From positions 438,512-502,511 of the forward strand of contig VAFM01000002.1 in NCBI GenBank assembly GCA_005768725.1: a stretch of DNA of 64,000 nucleotides, read 5' to 3'. This document shows positions 24,449 through 33,446 of this stretch, piece after piece. The translations under genes and the position numbers were made by a program. Within the stretch, counting starts at the first letter, position 1; every line of letters begins with the position of its first letter. This DNA is from Blastochloris viridis (lineage in GTDB: Bacteria; Pseudomonadota; Alphaproteobacteria; UBA2136; UBA6156). The notes under the pieces are model-generated. The model made no database searches and was not told where the DNA came from. It saw nothing but the letters and a program-made list of their open reading frames with translations.

Positions 24449-25501
24449 TTACTCAGTCAGCGCCCGCGTCTCACCCACCGCCATCACCCACACATCCTCG
24501 GGCTTATACCCCTCAGCGGCAGCCGCAGCCGTAAACCGGCCCGGTGCTTCAAATGCGGGTTCCGGCGTCAGCACCACGGTCCCCCAGTGCTGTGCCACAA
24601 TCCGTTTGCTGCGGGTCTGCACGCCTTGCGCGGCCGCTTCTTCGGGTGTCGTATGGCTGCCCATCATAATAGAGCGCGGCTCATACGCCCCGATACCCAC
24701 CAGCCCATGTGTGAACGGCCCGTATTTGCTACCAATGTCCTTAAACACCTGTGGATGCACGGTCGTATCACCGGAAAGCCAGATATTCACCGGTGCCTTC
24801 ACCCCGCGCTCCTTGATCGCATAACCACCCCACAGGGTCTTGTTACGGTCATCGGTCCAGCGCGCTGAAAAATGGATCGCCGGAACCAGCGTAATATCGA
24901 GATTCCGGAATGTCAGGCTCTGGTGCCAGTCCAGCTCCACCACCTGTGTAATACCCGTCTCCTTGATAACCGGCCCCACACCCAGCGGCACCACAACCAC
25001 TACCGTATCTTTGTTCGGCAGGCGTTTCAGGGTCTCTATGTCCAGATGGTCATAGTGGTTGTGGGTGATCAGGATCAGATCCGCCCGCGCCTCTTCCGGC
25101 GCCAGCGGGCTCGGCACATAGCGGTACGGACCGGCCCACTGGAACGGGCTCGCCATCTTGGTCAGCAACGGGTCGGTCAGCAGGGTCGTCCCGCCGATCT
25201 CCATACGGAACGCGCTATGCCCCAGCCATTGCATCTTGTTCCCGGTCTGGGCCACCCAGCCATGCGCCGCCTCGGCCAGCGGCATCACATGTCCGGCCGG
25301 AGGGGTCGGGCTTTTATCGCGCAGCAAACCGCCCCAAAAGAACTTCTGGAATTCCCAGCGCCCCGCCGTCCGCTGCGGAGACCCCGGCGGATTGGCAAAA
25401 CGCCCGTCCTCACGCTTGCACGAGGCTTCACAGACAATGTCACCCTGCGGCACGTTGCCTCCACATCCTGCCAGTAAAGCCGCTACCCATAGCCAACGCA
25501 T
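24449..25501 (-). CDS. MBL-fold metallo-hydrolase lipoprotein
   Basis: HNHYDHLD (HxHxDH) motif. I chose the ATG at 25501, giving MRWLWVAALLAGCGG with a lipobox. Confidence 0.8.
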   Translation of the reverse strand: MRWLWVAALLAGCGGNVPQGDIVCEASCKREDGRFANPPGSPQRTAGRWEFQKFFWGGLLRDKSPTPPAGHVMPLAEAAHGWVAQTGNKMQWLGHSAFRMEIGGTTLLTDPLLTKMASPFQWAGPYRYVPSPLAPEEARADLILITHNHYDHLDIETLKRLPNKDTVVVVVPLGVGPVIKETGITQVVELDWHQSLTFRNLDITLVPAIHFSARWTDDRNKTLWGGYAIKERGVKAPVNIWLSGDTTVHPQVFKDIGSKYGPFTHGLVGIGAYEPRSIMMGSHTTPEEAAAQGVQTRSKRIVAQHWGTVVLTPEPAFEAPGRFTAAAAAEGYKPEDVWVMAVGETRALTE

Positions 25502-26151
25502 TAACGTCCTTTCCCTAAAATCTTGACCAGCACTACACCGGCCACAAATCCACCGATGTGCGCCCAGAACGCCACGCCGCCGCTGCTCGCATCCGCCAGC
25601 AGGCCATACAGCAACTGGTACCCGAACCACATCCCCAGTACCGCCATCGCTGGCAACTGCGTAATACCCATGTTCGGCACAAGCACGGTGATAGGCTGCC
25701 GCGGGTGTAATATCAGATACGCTCCCAGTACGCCGGAGATCGCCCCACTCGCTCCCACCATCGGAATGGTGGACGACGGATCGACCGCCATCTGCGCAAA
25801 TGCCGCGACGACACCGGACAGCAGGTACAGCAGCACGAACCGCCCGCGCCCGAGGTCATTCTCGATGTTATCACCAAACACCCACAGATAAAGCATGTTC
25901 CCGGCAATATGCATCAGGCTGCCATGCAGGAACATACTCAGGAACAGCGTCTCCACCGCACTGCGCGCACCGGGCACGCCTCCCGCCTCACCCAGCAGAC
26001 GCGCCGGGATGAACCCCATCGCCTGCACGCTCCATTCAAAGCCATAGGGGCCGAACATCTGCCCGGCGAACATGACGATATTCATCCCGATCAGCAGATA
26101 GGTCAGAACAGGGGTAATATGGGTGGGGTTGCGGTCGGAAAGCGGAATCAT
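25501..26151 (-). CDS. Rhomboid-family intramembrane serine protease
   Basis: GASGAISGVLGAY (GxSG) and HIGGFVAGV (catalytic His helix). I chose the start MIPLSDRNP at 26151 because a strong hairpin covers the longer start. Confidence 0.85.
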   Translation of the reverse strand: MIPLSDRNPTHITPVLTYLLIGMNIVMFAGQMFGPYGFEWSVQAMGFIPARLLGEAGGVPGARSAVETLFLSMFLHGSLMHIAGNMLYLWVFGDNIENDLGRGRFVLLYLLSGVVAAFAQMAVDPSSTIPMVGASGAISGVLGAYLILHPRQPITVLVPNMGITQLPAMAVLGMWFGYQLLYGLLADASSGGVAFWAHIGGFVAGVVLVKILGKGR

Positions 26152-26184
26152 GGCACCGAGTATAAAGCCTCTGTCCAAATGCAC

Positions 26185-26210
26185 AAGGCGGGCCCGTTAA
26201 GGCCCGCCTT
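26185..26210 (-). terminator. Strong hairpin between the orphan gene and the rhomboid gene (terminator/attenuator candidate)
   Basis: AAGGCGGGCC-loop-GGCCCGCCTT forms a 10-bp stem. The T-tract on the minus strand is weak. Confidence 0.4.
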
Positions 26211-26217
26211 GCAATAA

Positions 26218-26742
26218 TCATCTTTGTAGTCCCGGAAAAGCCGGCAACGCATACCGGGCACTCTGATAGGAATACCCGCGCTTCTCCAGTTCCAGCTTGA
26301 TGATATTATCAAGCAGATAGGTCTCAATCCGGGCCATACTCTCAATCGAGTGCCCTTTGCGGATGTTAAGACGGATACGCGCAGAATACACGCTGAGATA
26401 TCCATTCATATCATCGTCGACATCATGAAGATCGAAGTCGATATCGTTGTAACCGTCCAGCCGGTAATTCATATTCCCGCCCTGGATGGCACGGCCGCCA
26501 TTATCCAGAAATACGGTGGCGGCATGCTGCCCTGCCTCCGGGCTGTAGGTGGGGCTGCAATTCACCATCACGGTCGGAAAAACGAACTGGAACAAGCTGT
26601 CAGCCGCAGGCTTTCCGGATATTCCGATGAATCCGCCACCACTGGGAAACACATCCACAGGGAGGTCGCAGATGTGCAGCAGGCCCGAGATCAGGCGGTC
26701 TTTGTCGGTTTCCAGACGATAGGTATCGGAAGAAAGGGTCAT
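26218..26742 (-). CDS. Hypothetical protein (orphan)
   Basis: 174 aa from the ATG at 26742 with SD CAGGAG. It looks AT-richer than its neighbours. No family recognised. Confidence 0.55.
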   Translation of the reverse strand: MTLSSDTYRLETDKDRLISGLLHICDLPVDVFPSGGGFIGISGKPAADSLFQFVFPTVMVNCSPTYSPEAGQHAATVFLDNGGRAIQGGNMNYRLDGYNDIDFDLHDVDDDMNGYLSVYSARIRLNIRKGHSIESMARIETYLLDNIIKLELEKRGYSYQSARYALPAFPGLQR

Positions 26743-26831
26743 TAAAGATAACTCCTGTAAGAGGGCAATCGCACGTTGCATACACGAACCGTCCAACGCA
26801 CGCAAGATTCACGAAAACACCACGAATTACC

Positions 26832-26860
26832 TTGACATACCCCCCTATCCTGCCTATTTA
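26832..26860 (+). promoter_or_regulatory. Sigma70-type promoter candidate for rpsL-rpsG
   Basis: TTGACA-N17-TATTTA, about 100 nt upstream of rpsL. Confidence 0.5.
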
Positions 26861-26963
26861 GGCGTCACGGAGTATCCCCTGCCCCTCCATAGGCAGCACG
26901 GAGAAGCGTTCCCCTTTCCGGTGGAAAGGTCTGGAAAAACAAACGTATTGGAGAAGATTGGCC

Positions 26964-27365
26964 ATGCCAACCGTCAACCAACTGGTACGCAAGCCGCGCG
27001 TTATTCAAAAGGCTCGTACCAAGTCCCCCGCCATGGAAGGCAGCCCGCAGAAGCGCGGCGTTTGCACCCGTGTTTACACCACCACCCCGAAGAAGCCGAA
27101 CTCGGCGCTGCGTAAAGTAGCCAAGGTTCGTCTGACCAACGGTTTCGAAGTCATCGCCTATATCCCGGGTGAAGGCCACAACCTGCAAGAACACAGCGTC
27201 GTGCTTATCCGCGGCGGCCGTGTAAAAGACTTGCCAGGTGTGCGCTACCACATCGTCCGTGGTGCACTGGATACCCAGGGCGTTAAGGGCCGTATGCAAG
27301 GTCGCTCGCTGTACGGCGCCAAGCGTCCGAAGCCGGGCCAGGCCGCTGCTGGCGGTAAGAAGTAA
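26964..27365 (+). CDS. rpsL: 30S ribosomal protein S12
   Basis: [12 protein letters not shown]...[22 protein letters not shown]...[17 protein letters not shown]. Confidence 0.97.
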   Translation: MPTVNQLVRKPRVIQKARTKSPAMEGSPQKRGVCTRVYTTTPKKPNSALRKVAKVRLTNGFEVIAYIPGEGHNLQEHSVVLIRGGRVKDLPGVRYHIVRGALDTQGVKGRMQGRSLYGAKRPKPGQAAAGGKK

Positions 27366-27388
27366 TTGACGGTAAATAGGAGATTTAA

Positions 27389-27859
<471 letters not shown>

Positions 27860-27877
27860 TAAGCTACGCCCGAAACA

Positions 27878-27906
27878 AAGCCCCGATCTCCGGGGCTTGT
27901 TTTTTA
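27878..27906 (+). terminator. Rho-independent terminator after rpsG
   Basis: AAGCCCCG-loop-CGGGGCTT followed by GTTTTTT. Confidence 0.8.
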
Positions 27907-27986
27907 CTCTAGCCACACCATACTTCTGTCATTGCCACATCCGGCGCTAACAGGCTCCGGAATGGAGCCATCTGGAGATCGACATC

Positions 27987-28376
27987 ATGAACATCGTCCT
28001 CGCTCATTTCTTCGCATTCCTCTGCGGCCTCGTGTTCAGCGCCAGCACCGCAAGCTTCTATGCCGAAACCCTCAATTGGACGGTCAGCTCCGGACTCCTG
28101 CTGCTGTTCCTCCTCGCAACGGCTGCCTTGGTCCTCGTCCTATACACATTCAACATGCTGAATGTACAAACGCCGACCATCCCGCTCGGTCTCAGCCTGT
28201 TGGCGGGCATCAAGCTGATCGCCTTCCTCATGGCACCCGACAGCATGTGGAACTGGACCATGGACGCCGCCGCCGCCCGCAACCTGCAACTCGCCGTCAT
28301 CAGCGGTGTGATGCTGACACCCGTTGCGATGGGAACGCTCCACGCTCTGGCCTATAGCCGTACCAACAAGGCCTGA
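27987..28376 (+). CDS. Small 4-TM membrane protein (hypothetical) inserted between rpsG and fusA
   Basis: 129 aa with four hydrophobic segments and GGAG 9 nt upstream of the ATG. It has its own terminator. Confidence 0.6.
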   Translation: MNIVLAHFFAFLCGLVFSASTASFYAETLNWTVSSGLLLLFLLATAALVLVLYTFNMLNVQTPTIPLGLSLLAGIKLIAFLMAPDSMWNWTMDAAAARNLQLAVISGVMLTPVAMGTLHALAYSRTNKA

Positions 28377-28401
28377 CCGCCTGCAAAGGCTCTCCCGTGT
28401 T

Positions 28402-28436
28402 CAAGCCCCGCCACTCAACGGCGGGGCTTGTTTTTA
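28402..28436 (+). terminator. Rho-independent terminator
   Basis: CAAGCCCCGCC-ACTCAAC-GGCGGGGCTTG followed by TTTTT. Confidence 0.85.
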
Positions 28437-28459
28437 TGTAGGTACCCCGCCCCAAACCC

Positions 28460-28488
28460 TTGCTTATTTGGTCAGCATCCGTTATATC
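28460..28488 (+). promoter_or_regulatory. Sigma70-type promoter candidate for fusA
   Basis: TTGCTT-N17-TATATC, about 38 nt upstream of the fusA ATG. Confidence 0.4.
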
Positions 28489-28525
28489 CCGCAAGAAGTT
28501 TAGTAAAAGCAGGAAAGTACCTTAC

Positions 28526-30607
28526 ATGGCCCGCACAACCCCAATGAGCAAAGTCCGTAACATCGGCATTATGGCGCACGTTGACGCCGGTAAAACCACC
28601 ACGTCCGAACGTATTCTGTACTACACCGGCCGTACCCACAAAATCGGTGAAGTGCACGAAGGCGCCGCCACCATGGACTGGATGGCTCAGGAGCAGGAAC
28701 GCGGTATTACCATTACCTCGGCCGCGACCACTGCCGAATGGAAAGGCTACACCTTTAACCTGATCGACACACCGGGACACATCGACTTCAACATCGAAGT
28801 AAAGCGTTCGGTCCGCGTTCTCGACGGCGTTATCGCCGCCTTCGACGCCGTATCGGGTGTTGAGCCGCAATCCGAAACCAACTGGGGCCACGCCTCCAAC
28901 TACGGTGTGCCGCGTCTGTGCTACGTCAACAAGATGGACCGCGTCGGTTCCAACTTCCTGCGCTGCGTCGACATGATGAAGGAGCGCCTGCGTGCCAACG
29001 CTGTTCCGATCCAGCTGCCGATCGGTTCCGAAGACAACTTCAAGGGCATGATCGACCTCGTCGAAATGAAGGCTCTGGTTTACAACGGCGAAGAGCTGGG
29101 CGCGACCTGGGACGTTCTCGACATCCCGGCCGAACTGAAGGCCGAAGCCGACAAGTGGCACAACAACCTGGTCGAAGTGGCCGTGGAATTCGATGACGAA
29201 GCCATGAACGCCTACCTCGAAGGCAACGAGCCGTCCGTTGAAACCCTCAAGAAGTGCATCCGTAAGGGTACCGTGGAAATGAAGATGTTCCCGGTTCTCT
29301 GTGGTTCGTCCTTCAAGAACAAGGGTGTTCAGCCGCTGCTCGACGCTGTTATCGCTTACCTGCCGGCTCCGGATGAAATCGACGAAGAGAACGTCAAGGC
29401 CGAACTGCCGGATGGCTCCGAGATCACCCTCAAGATCGGCGACGATCAGCCGCTGGGCGCCCTGGCATTCAAAATCGCCACCGACCCCTACGTTGGTACC
29501 CTCACCTTCGTACGTGTTTACACCGGTGTGATCAGCTCGGGTACCGCCGTGTACAACGCCACCCGTCAACGTTCCGAGCGTATCGGCCGTATCGTGAAGA
29601 TGCACGCCAACAAGCGCGAAGAAGTGACCGAACTGCGTGCCGGTGACATCGGCGCTCTGATCGGCCTGAAGGACACCCGTACCGGTGACACCCTCTGCGC
29701 TGAAGGCAAAGACTACATGCTGGAAACCATCAAGGCGATGGATCCGGTTATCGCCATGGCCGTTGAGCCGAAGTCCAAGGGCGACCAGGAAAAGATGGGT
29801 ATCGGCCTCGGTAAGCTGATGGCAGAAGACCCGAGCTTCCGCGTTTACACCGATGAAGAAACCGGCCAGACCATTCTGGCAGGTGTAGGTGAGCTTCACC
29901 TCGACATCATGGTGGACCGCCTCAAGCGCGAACACAAAGTCGAAGTTAACACCGGTGCGCCGCAGGTATCGTACCGCGAAACCATCACCAAGACCGCCGA
30001 GTGCGAAGGTTCGCACAAGAAGCAGTCCGGTGGTCGTGGTCAGTACGGTCACTGCTGGGTCAAGTTCGAGCCGAACGAAACCGGTAAGGGCTTCGAATTC
30101 GTTAACGCCATCGTCGGTGGTGTGGTTCCGAAGGAATACATCCCGGCCATTCAAGCGGGTATTGAAGAATCCCTCAAGAACGGTATGTACGCTGGCTACC
30201 CGGTTGTCGACGTCAAGGCCACTCTGTTCGATGGTAGCTACCACGACGTAGACTCCTCCGAAATGGCGTTCAAGATGGCCGGTATTCTTGCCGTGAAGGA
30301 AGCCGCCAAGAAGTGTGCACCGCAACTGCTCGAGCCGATCATGAAGATGGAAGTCACCGTACCGTCCGACTTCATGGGCGACGTGATCGGCGACCTGTCC
30401 TCCCGTCGTGGTCAGATCACCGGTACCGAAGACCGCTTCGGCCAGACCGTGGTCAAGGCTTTCGTACCGCTGGCCAACCTGTTCGGTTACGTAACCTCCC
30501 TGCGCTCCATGACCCAGGGCCGCGGTTCGCCGTCCATGGAATTCGACCACTACGATCCGGTACCAAGCAACGTAGCGACCGAAATCGCTGCCAAAAGAGC
30601 CGCGTAG
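28526..30607 (+). CDS. fusA: Elongation factor G
   Basis: [35 protein letters not shown]...DTPGHIDF. 693 aa from the ATG at 28526. Confidence 0.97.
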   Translation: MARTTPMSKVRNIGIMAHVDAGKTTTSERILYYTGRTHKIGEVHEGAATMDWMAQEQERGITITSAATTAEWKGYTFNLIDTPGHIDFNIEVKRSVRVLDGVIAAFDAVSGVEPQSETNWGHASNYGVPRLCYVNKMDRVGSNFLRCVDMMKERLRANAVPIQLPIGSEDNFKGMIDLVEMKALVYNGEELGATWDVLDIPAELKAEADKWHNNLVEVAVEFDDEAMNAYLEGNEPSVETLKKCIRKGTVEMKMFPVLCGSSFKNKGVQPLLDAVIAYLPAPDEIDEENVKAELPDGSEITLKIGDDQPLGALAFKIATDPYVGTLTFVRVYTGVISSGTAVYNATRQRSERIGRIVKMHANKREEVTELRAGDIGALIGLKDTRTGDTLCAEGKDYMLETIKAMDPVIAMAVEPKSKGDQEKMGIGLGKLMAEDPSFRVYTDEETGQTILAGVGELHLDIMVDRLKREHKVEVNTGAPQVSYRETITKTAECEGSHKKQSGGRGQYGHCWVKFEPNETGKGFEFVNAIVGGVVPKEYIPAIQAGIEESLKNGMYAGYPVVDVKATLFDGSYHDVDSSEMAFKMAGILAVKEAAKKCAPQLLEPIMKMEVTVPSDFMGDVIGDLSSRRGQITGTEDRFGQTVVKAFVPLANLFGYVTSLRSMTQGRGSPSMEFDHYDPVPSNVATEIAAKRAA

Positions 30608-30657
30608 CAGCTCTTTCAACGCGAAGCGTAACCAAGCTGCCTAAGGCAACCGCCTCA

Positions 30658-30687
30658 CAAAAAGAGTCCTTCGGGGCTCTTTTTGTA
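30658..30687 (+). terminator. Rho-independent terminator after fusA
   Basis: AAAGAGTCC-TTCG-GGGCTCTTTTT. Confidence 0.8.
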
Positions 30688-30766
30688 TTTTAATCCATTT
30701 TACTGGACGCCTTACATTACATTGAATACACTTAATAAATACCATCCTCCGCAAAAGGGAAACATC

Positions 30767-31327
30767 ATGCGACTTCATACCGAACGCCTCCTGCTCCGAG
30801 CCTACGCCGATACCGATGCCGCCGCACTATGCGAAGCAAAAGACGTTAGCCACGACCATCTGAAACCTTGGATGCCATGGGCACAAGAACGCCCCACACT
30901 GGAAAAAGAATACGGCACCATTGCCTACTTAGCCAAGAAGGAAGCCGATGGCAGGGAATGGACCCGCGGCCTGTTCCTCCACGACGGTACCTTCATCGGT
31001 AGCAGCGGCTATAAGCTGAAAGACGTCGACGTCCCCAGCTACGAAATCGGTTATTGGCTGGATGTCCGCCATACCGGCAAAGGCTATATGCAAGAGGCTG
31101 TTCGCGCCCAAACCGACTATCTGTTTAAGCAGAGAGGCGCCAACCGCGTCTTTATCCAATGCCATGCCGCCAATACCGCCAGTGCCAAGGTCGCCCGTGC
31201 ACTGGAATTCGTGCAGGAAGCCATGCTCCGCAACGAGCGCCGCCATATTGACGGCACGCTGGCCGACAGCTTCATCTTTGCTCACACACCGGAAAGCTGG
31301 CAGAACACCCTCACCAAACGCACCTAA
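30767..31327 (+). CDS. GNAT-family N-acetyltransferase (RimJ/RimL-like)
   Basis: MRLHTERLLLRAY..., YEIGYWLDVRHTGKGYMQEAV. I chose the ATG at 30767. Confidence 0.8.
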   Translation: MRLHTERLLLRAYADTDAAALCEAKDVSHDHLKPWMPWAQERPTLEKEYGTIAYLAKKEADGREWTRGLFLHDGTFIGSSGYKLKDVDVPSYEIGYWLDVRHTGKGYMQEAVRAQTDYLFKQRGANRVFIQCHAANTASAKVARALEFVQEAMLRNERRHIDGTLADSFIFAHTPESWQNTLTKRT

Positions 31328-31370
31328 ACCACGCCGCCCTCATGGGGCGGCGCTTGGTATTTCGCCAACT

Positions 31371-31394
31371 GAACTTTTCCCGTCCCGCCGCGGT
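31371..31394 (+). promoter_or_regulatory. Degenerate copy of the ECF-type promoter-like motif (GAAC-N16-CGGT)
   Basis: GAACTTTTCCCGTCCCGCCGCGGT closely matches 32106-32129 but runs straight into a terminator. Confidence 0.25.
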
Positions 31395-31402
31395 AGACGC
31401 AC

Positions 31403-31431
31403 AAAAAACCCGCCCTACAGGCGGGTTTTTT
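31403..31431. terminator. Bidirectional rho-independent terminator
   Basis: AAAAAACCCGCC-CTACA-GGCGGGTTTTTT. Confidence 0.85.
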
Positions 31432-31443
31432 GTTTCAAAGTGG

Positions 31444-32013
31444 TTATTCACACGCGAACAGGTCATACCAGGTCGAGGTCGTCGTCACGTTGCCTCCACC
31501 CGAGCAAGACTGGCTATCTCCAAAGTGAACCTTTTGACAGGTTTCGGGCTGATAGACCGTACTGGACGCACTGGCCGTACGTGCGCAGCGCTGGTTGGTA
31601 TCACCGCACTTGCGCGCCACAACGCCGTCATTTCCCCCACACATCGGGTAACCGGCCGGCGGGCTGATACCACGGGTTTTACAGTTGAAATAGCCCTGAC
31701 ATCCATATGTTTCGGTAGTTGGCGCCGTCCCCACTTTATACCAGCGCCCCTCTCCGCCGGATTTGATGCAGCCATCACTACCGGCCGGAGCACTCGCAGG
31801 CGCATAGACCATCTTTTTCTCGTTACATTTGATGATCTGATTCACAAGCACATTGACCGCACTTACACGGCCATTGGTGGCGTCCAGACGCGACGACATC
31901 GCGGTCCACGTCATTTGGGCGTCTAACGCCCCACCGGCGGTGCGCTCTTGCGCAACACCTGTTGTTAAAAGCAGGCAAACGCCAAGCGATGCCAGAATAA
32001 GGGATGTTTTCAA
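31444..32013 (-). CDS. Small secreted Cys-rich protein, paralog 1
   Basis: Signal peptide, then AQERTAGGALDAQMTWTAMSSRLDATNGRVSAVNVLVNQIIKCNEKKMVYAP, then a variable C-terminus with about 12 Cys. TTG start. Confidence 0.7.
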   Translation of the reverse strand: MKTSLILASLGVCLLLTTGVAQERTAGGALDAQMTWTAMSSRLDATNGRVSAVNVLVNQIIKCNEKKMVYAPASAPAGSDGCIKSGGEGRWYKVGTAPTTETYGCQGYFNCKTRGISPPAGYPMCGGNDGVVARKCGDTNQRCARTASASSTVYQPETCQKVHFGDSQSCSGGGNVTTTSTWYDLFACE

Positions 32014-32105
32014 AGGAAAGGGTCTTTCTTCATGTTTTTAAACTCTCTTTGGGGTTACGCACTCTTTATATCCCTGCCCGCAATAGTTCCTGACATAGGC
32101 AAAAC

Positions 32106-32129
32106 GAACTTTCTCCGTCCCGCCGCGTT
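32106..32129 (+). promoter_or_regulatory. ECF (EcfG-like) sigma-factor promoter candidate
   Basis: GAAC-N16-CGTT (cGAACtttctccgtcccgccgCGTT) lies 38 nt upstream of a 24-codon membrane-peptide ORF. It matches the GGAAC-N16-CGTT consensus known for alphaproteobacterial general-stress promoters. Confidence 0.35.
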
Positions 32130-32166
32130 AGTCCCTCACATCACTCAACAAAAGGGAGAACTCACC

Positions 32167-32241
32167 ATGGCAGGCATTATCATGTGGCTGATGGGCGTAC
32201 CGCTGACCGTCATCATTCTGCTCTATCTGTTCGTCTTCTAG
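32167..32241 (+). CDS. 24-aa hydrophobic peptide
   Basis: MAGIIMWLMGVPLTVIILLYLFVF, with SD AAGGGAG 7 nt upstream and a terminator directly after it. Confidence 0.45.
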   Translation: MAGIIMWLMGVPLTVIILLYLFVF

Positions 32242-32245
32242 AGCC

Positions 32246-32274
32246 AAAAAACCCGCCATCAGGCGGGTTTTTTT
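32246..32274. terminator. Bidirectional rho-independent terminator
   Basis: AAAAAACCCGCC-ATCA-GGCGGGTTTTTTT. Confidence 0.85.
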
Positions 32275-32797
32275 AGCGTTTGTAGCAGATTGCCGTCACA
32301 ACGATCTGACCATAGTAATAGGAATCATAACACACAGGCTGGTTGGCATATCCCACGCAGCGACGATTCTTGAAATCCGGTTGCAGTACCCAGAATTCGC
32401 CTTGCTCGTATTGGTCACCCGGCCCACCGGCGCACGAAAGCAACTCTTCATCCGCGCCACAGGTAGCGACAACCTAGTGATACCCGCCTCTCACACACAG
32501 CGTCTGTGTATGCGACTGAATATTCAGAGAAGACGGCGCCGCACTCACGGCCACGCATCCTTTCGCATCTGCGCCCTGGGTTCCCGGCGCATAGACCTTC
32601 AGCTTCGCATTGCACTTCATCATCTGGCTCACTTGGGCGTTCGTGGCCGTAACACGGTTATTCACCGCATCAACCCGCGAGGACATCGCGGTCCACGTCA
32701 TTTGAGAATCCAATGCTACACCTGCCGTACGCTCCTGCGCCGACACATTCATGCACAGCAGGAAACATACCCCCAGAACAACACGCATCATTTTCAT
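32273..32797 (-). pseudogene. Small secreted Cys-rich protein, paralog 2, interrupted by an in-frame TAG at 32474-32476
   Basis: MKMMRVVLGVCFLLCMNVSAQERTAGVALDSQMTWTAMSS...CVRGGYH, then TAG, then VVATCGADEELLSCAGG...ICYKR and TAA. Both halves are in the same frame (201 nt apart) and the combined length is similar to the paralogs. Confidence 0.65.
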
Positions 32798-32819
32798 GGC
32801 TAAGTTTTCTTGACGGTTC

Positions 32820-33320
32820 TTATTTGCATTCAATAAACGACGCGACGTATTTACCGGGATCCACCTGCACATCCCACTTGGTTTTACCCTTCAGGCTGGC
32901 GGTCACGTTAAAGTCGCAGTTCGCGCCAGTACGGCCGCAGGCCATCTGGTTGGGGTTAGTGCTTACGTTACCCATCGCGTAGCTGATAACACGACCCTTC
33001 GTGCACTCCAGAGTATAGGACGGACGCTGCCACCCTTTGCTTTCCACATATTCGGTCTCTTTCACGAAAGGTAATTCCATGCAGCCGTCACTATCCACAC
33101 CCGCCACAGCCGGGGCATACAGCTTCATCTTCTCGTTGCATTTGATGATCTGGGTCACCTGAGCGTTGGTGGCGGTCACCCGCTTGTTCATGGCATCCAA
33201 CTGCGAGGACATCGCCGTCCACGTCATCTGGGCATCCAAGCCCGCGCCTGCCGTACGCTCTTGCGCATGACCGACCGAAATCACAAGTGCGAGACCAAGA
33301 ACAACCGCAGACACATTCAT
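32820..33320 (-). CDS. Small secreted Cys-rich protein, paralog 3
   Basis: MNVSAVVLGLALVISVGHAQERTAGAGLDAQMTWTAMSSQLDAMNKRVTATNAQVTQIIKCNEKMKLYAP followed by a different Cys-containing C-terminus. I chose the ATG at 33320. Confidence 0.7.
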   Translation of the reverse strand: MNVSAVVLGLALVISVGHAQERTAGAGLDAQMTWTAMSSQLDAMNKRVTATNAQVTQIIKCNEKMKLYAPAVAGVDSDGCMELPFVKETEYVESKGWQRPSYTLECTKGRVISYAMGNVSTNPNQMACGRTGANCDFNVTASLKGKTKWDVQVDPGKYVASFIECK

Positions 33321-33406
33321 CGTACACATCCTATTTTGGTACCCATTTTCACCTCCTTTATAACCAGTTTCCGCAAAAAAGGCTGACACATCCCAACCTG
33401 AAGCCC

Positions 33407-33434
33407 AAAAAAACCCGCCATCGGCGGGTTTTTT
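33407..33434 (-). terminator. Rho-independent terminator after rplY
   Basis: AAAAAAACCCGCC-ATC-GGCGGGTTTTTT, read on the minus strand. Confidence 0.8.
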
Positions 33435-33446
33435 CGGTAACAGTCG

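Noticed and set aside
27330-27365. About 10-residue C-terminal extension of S12 (…[14 protein letters not shown])
   Set aside because: It is a short low-complexity tail with no indication of a frameshift and is probably lineage variation, so it is not worth a finding.
28472-30619. 715-aa minus-strand ORF
   Set aside because: It is an exact antisense shadow of fusA.
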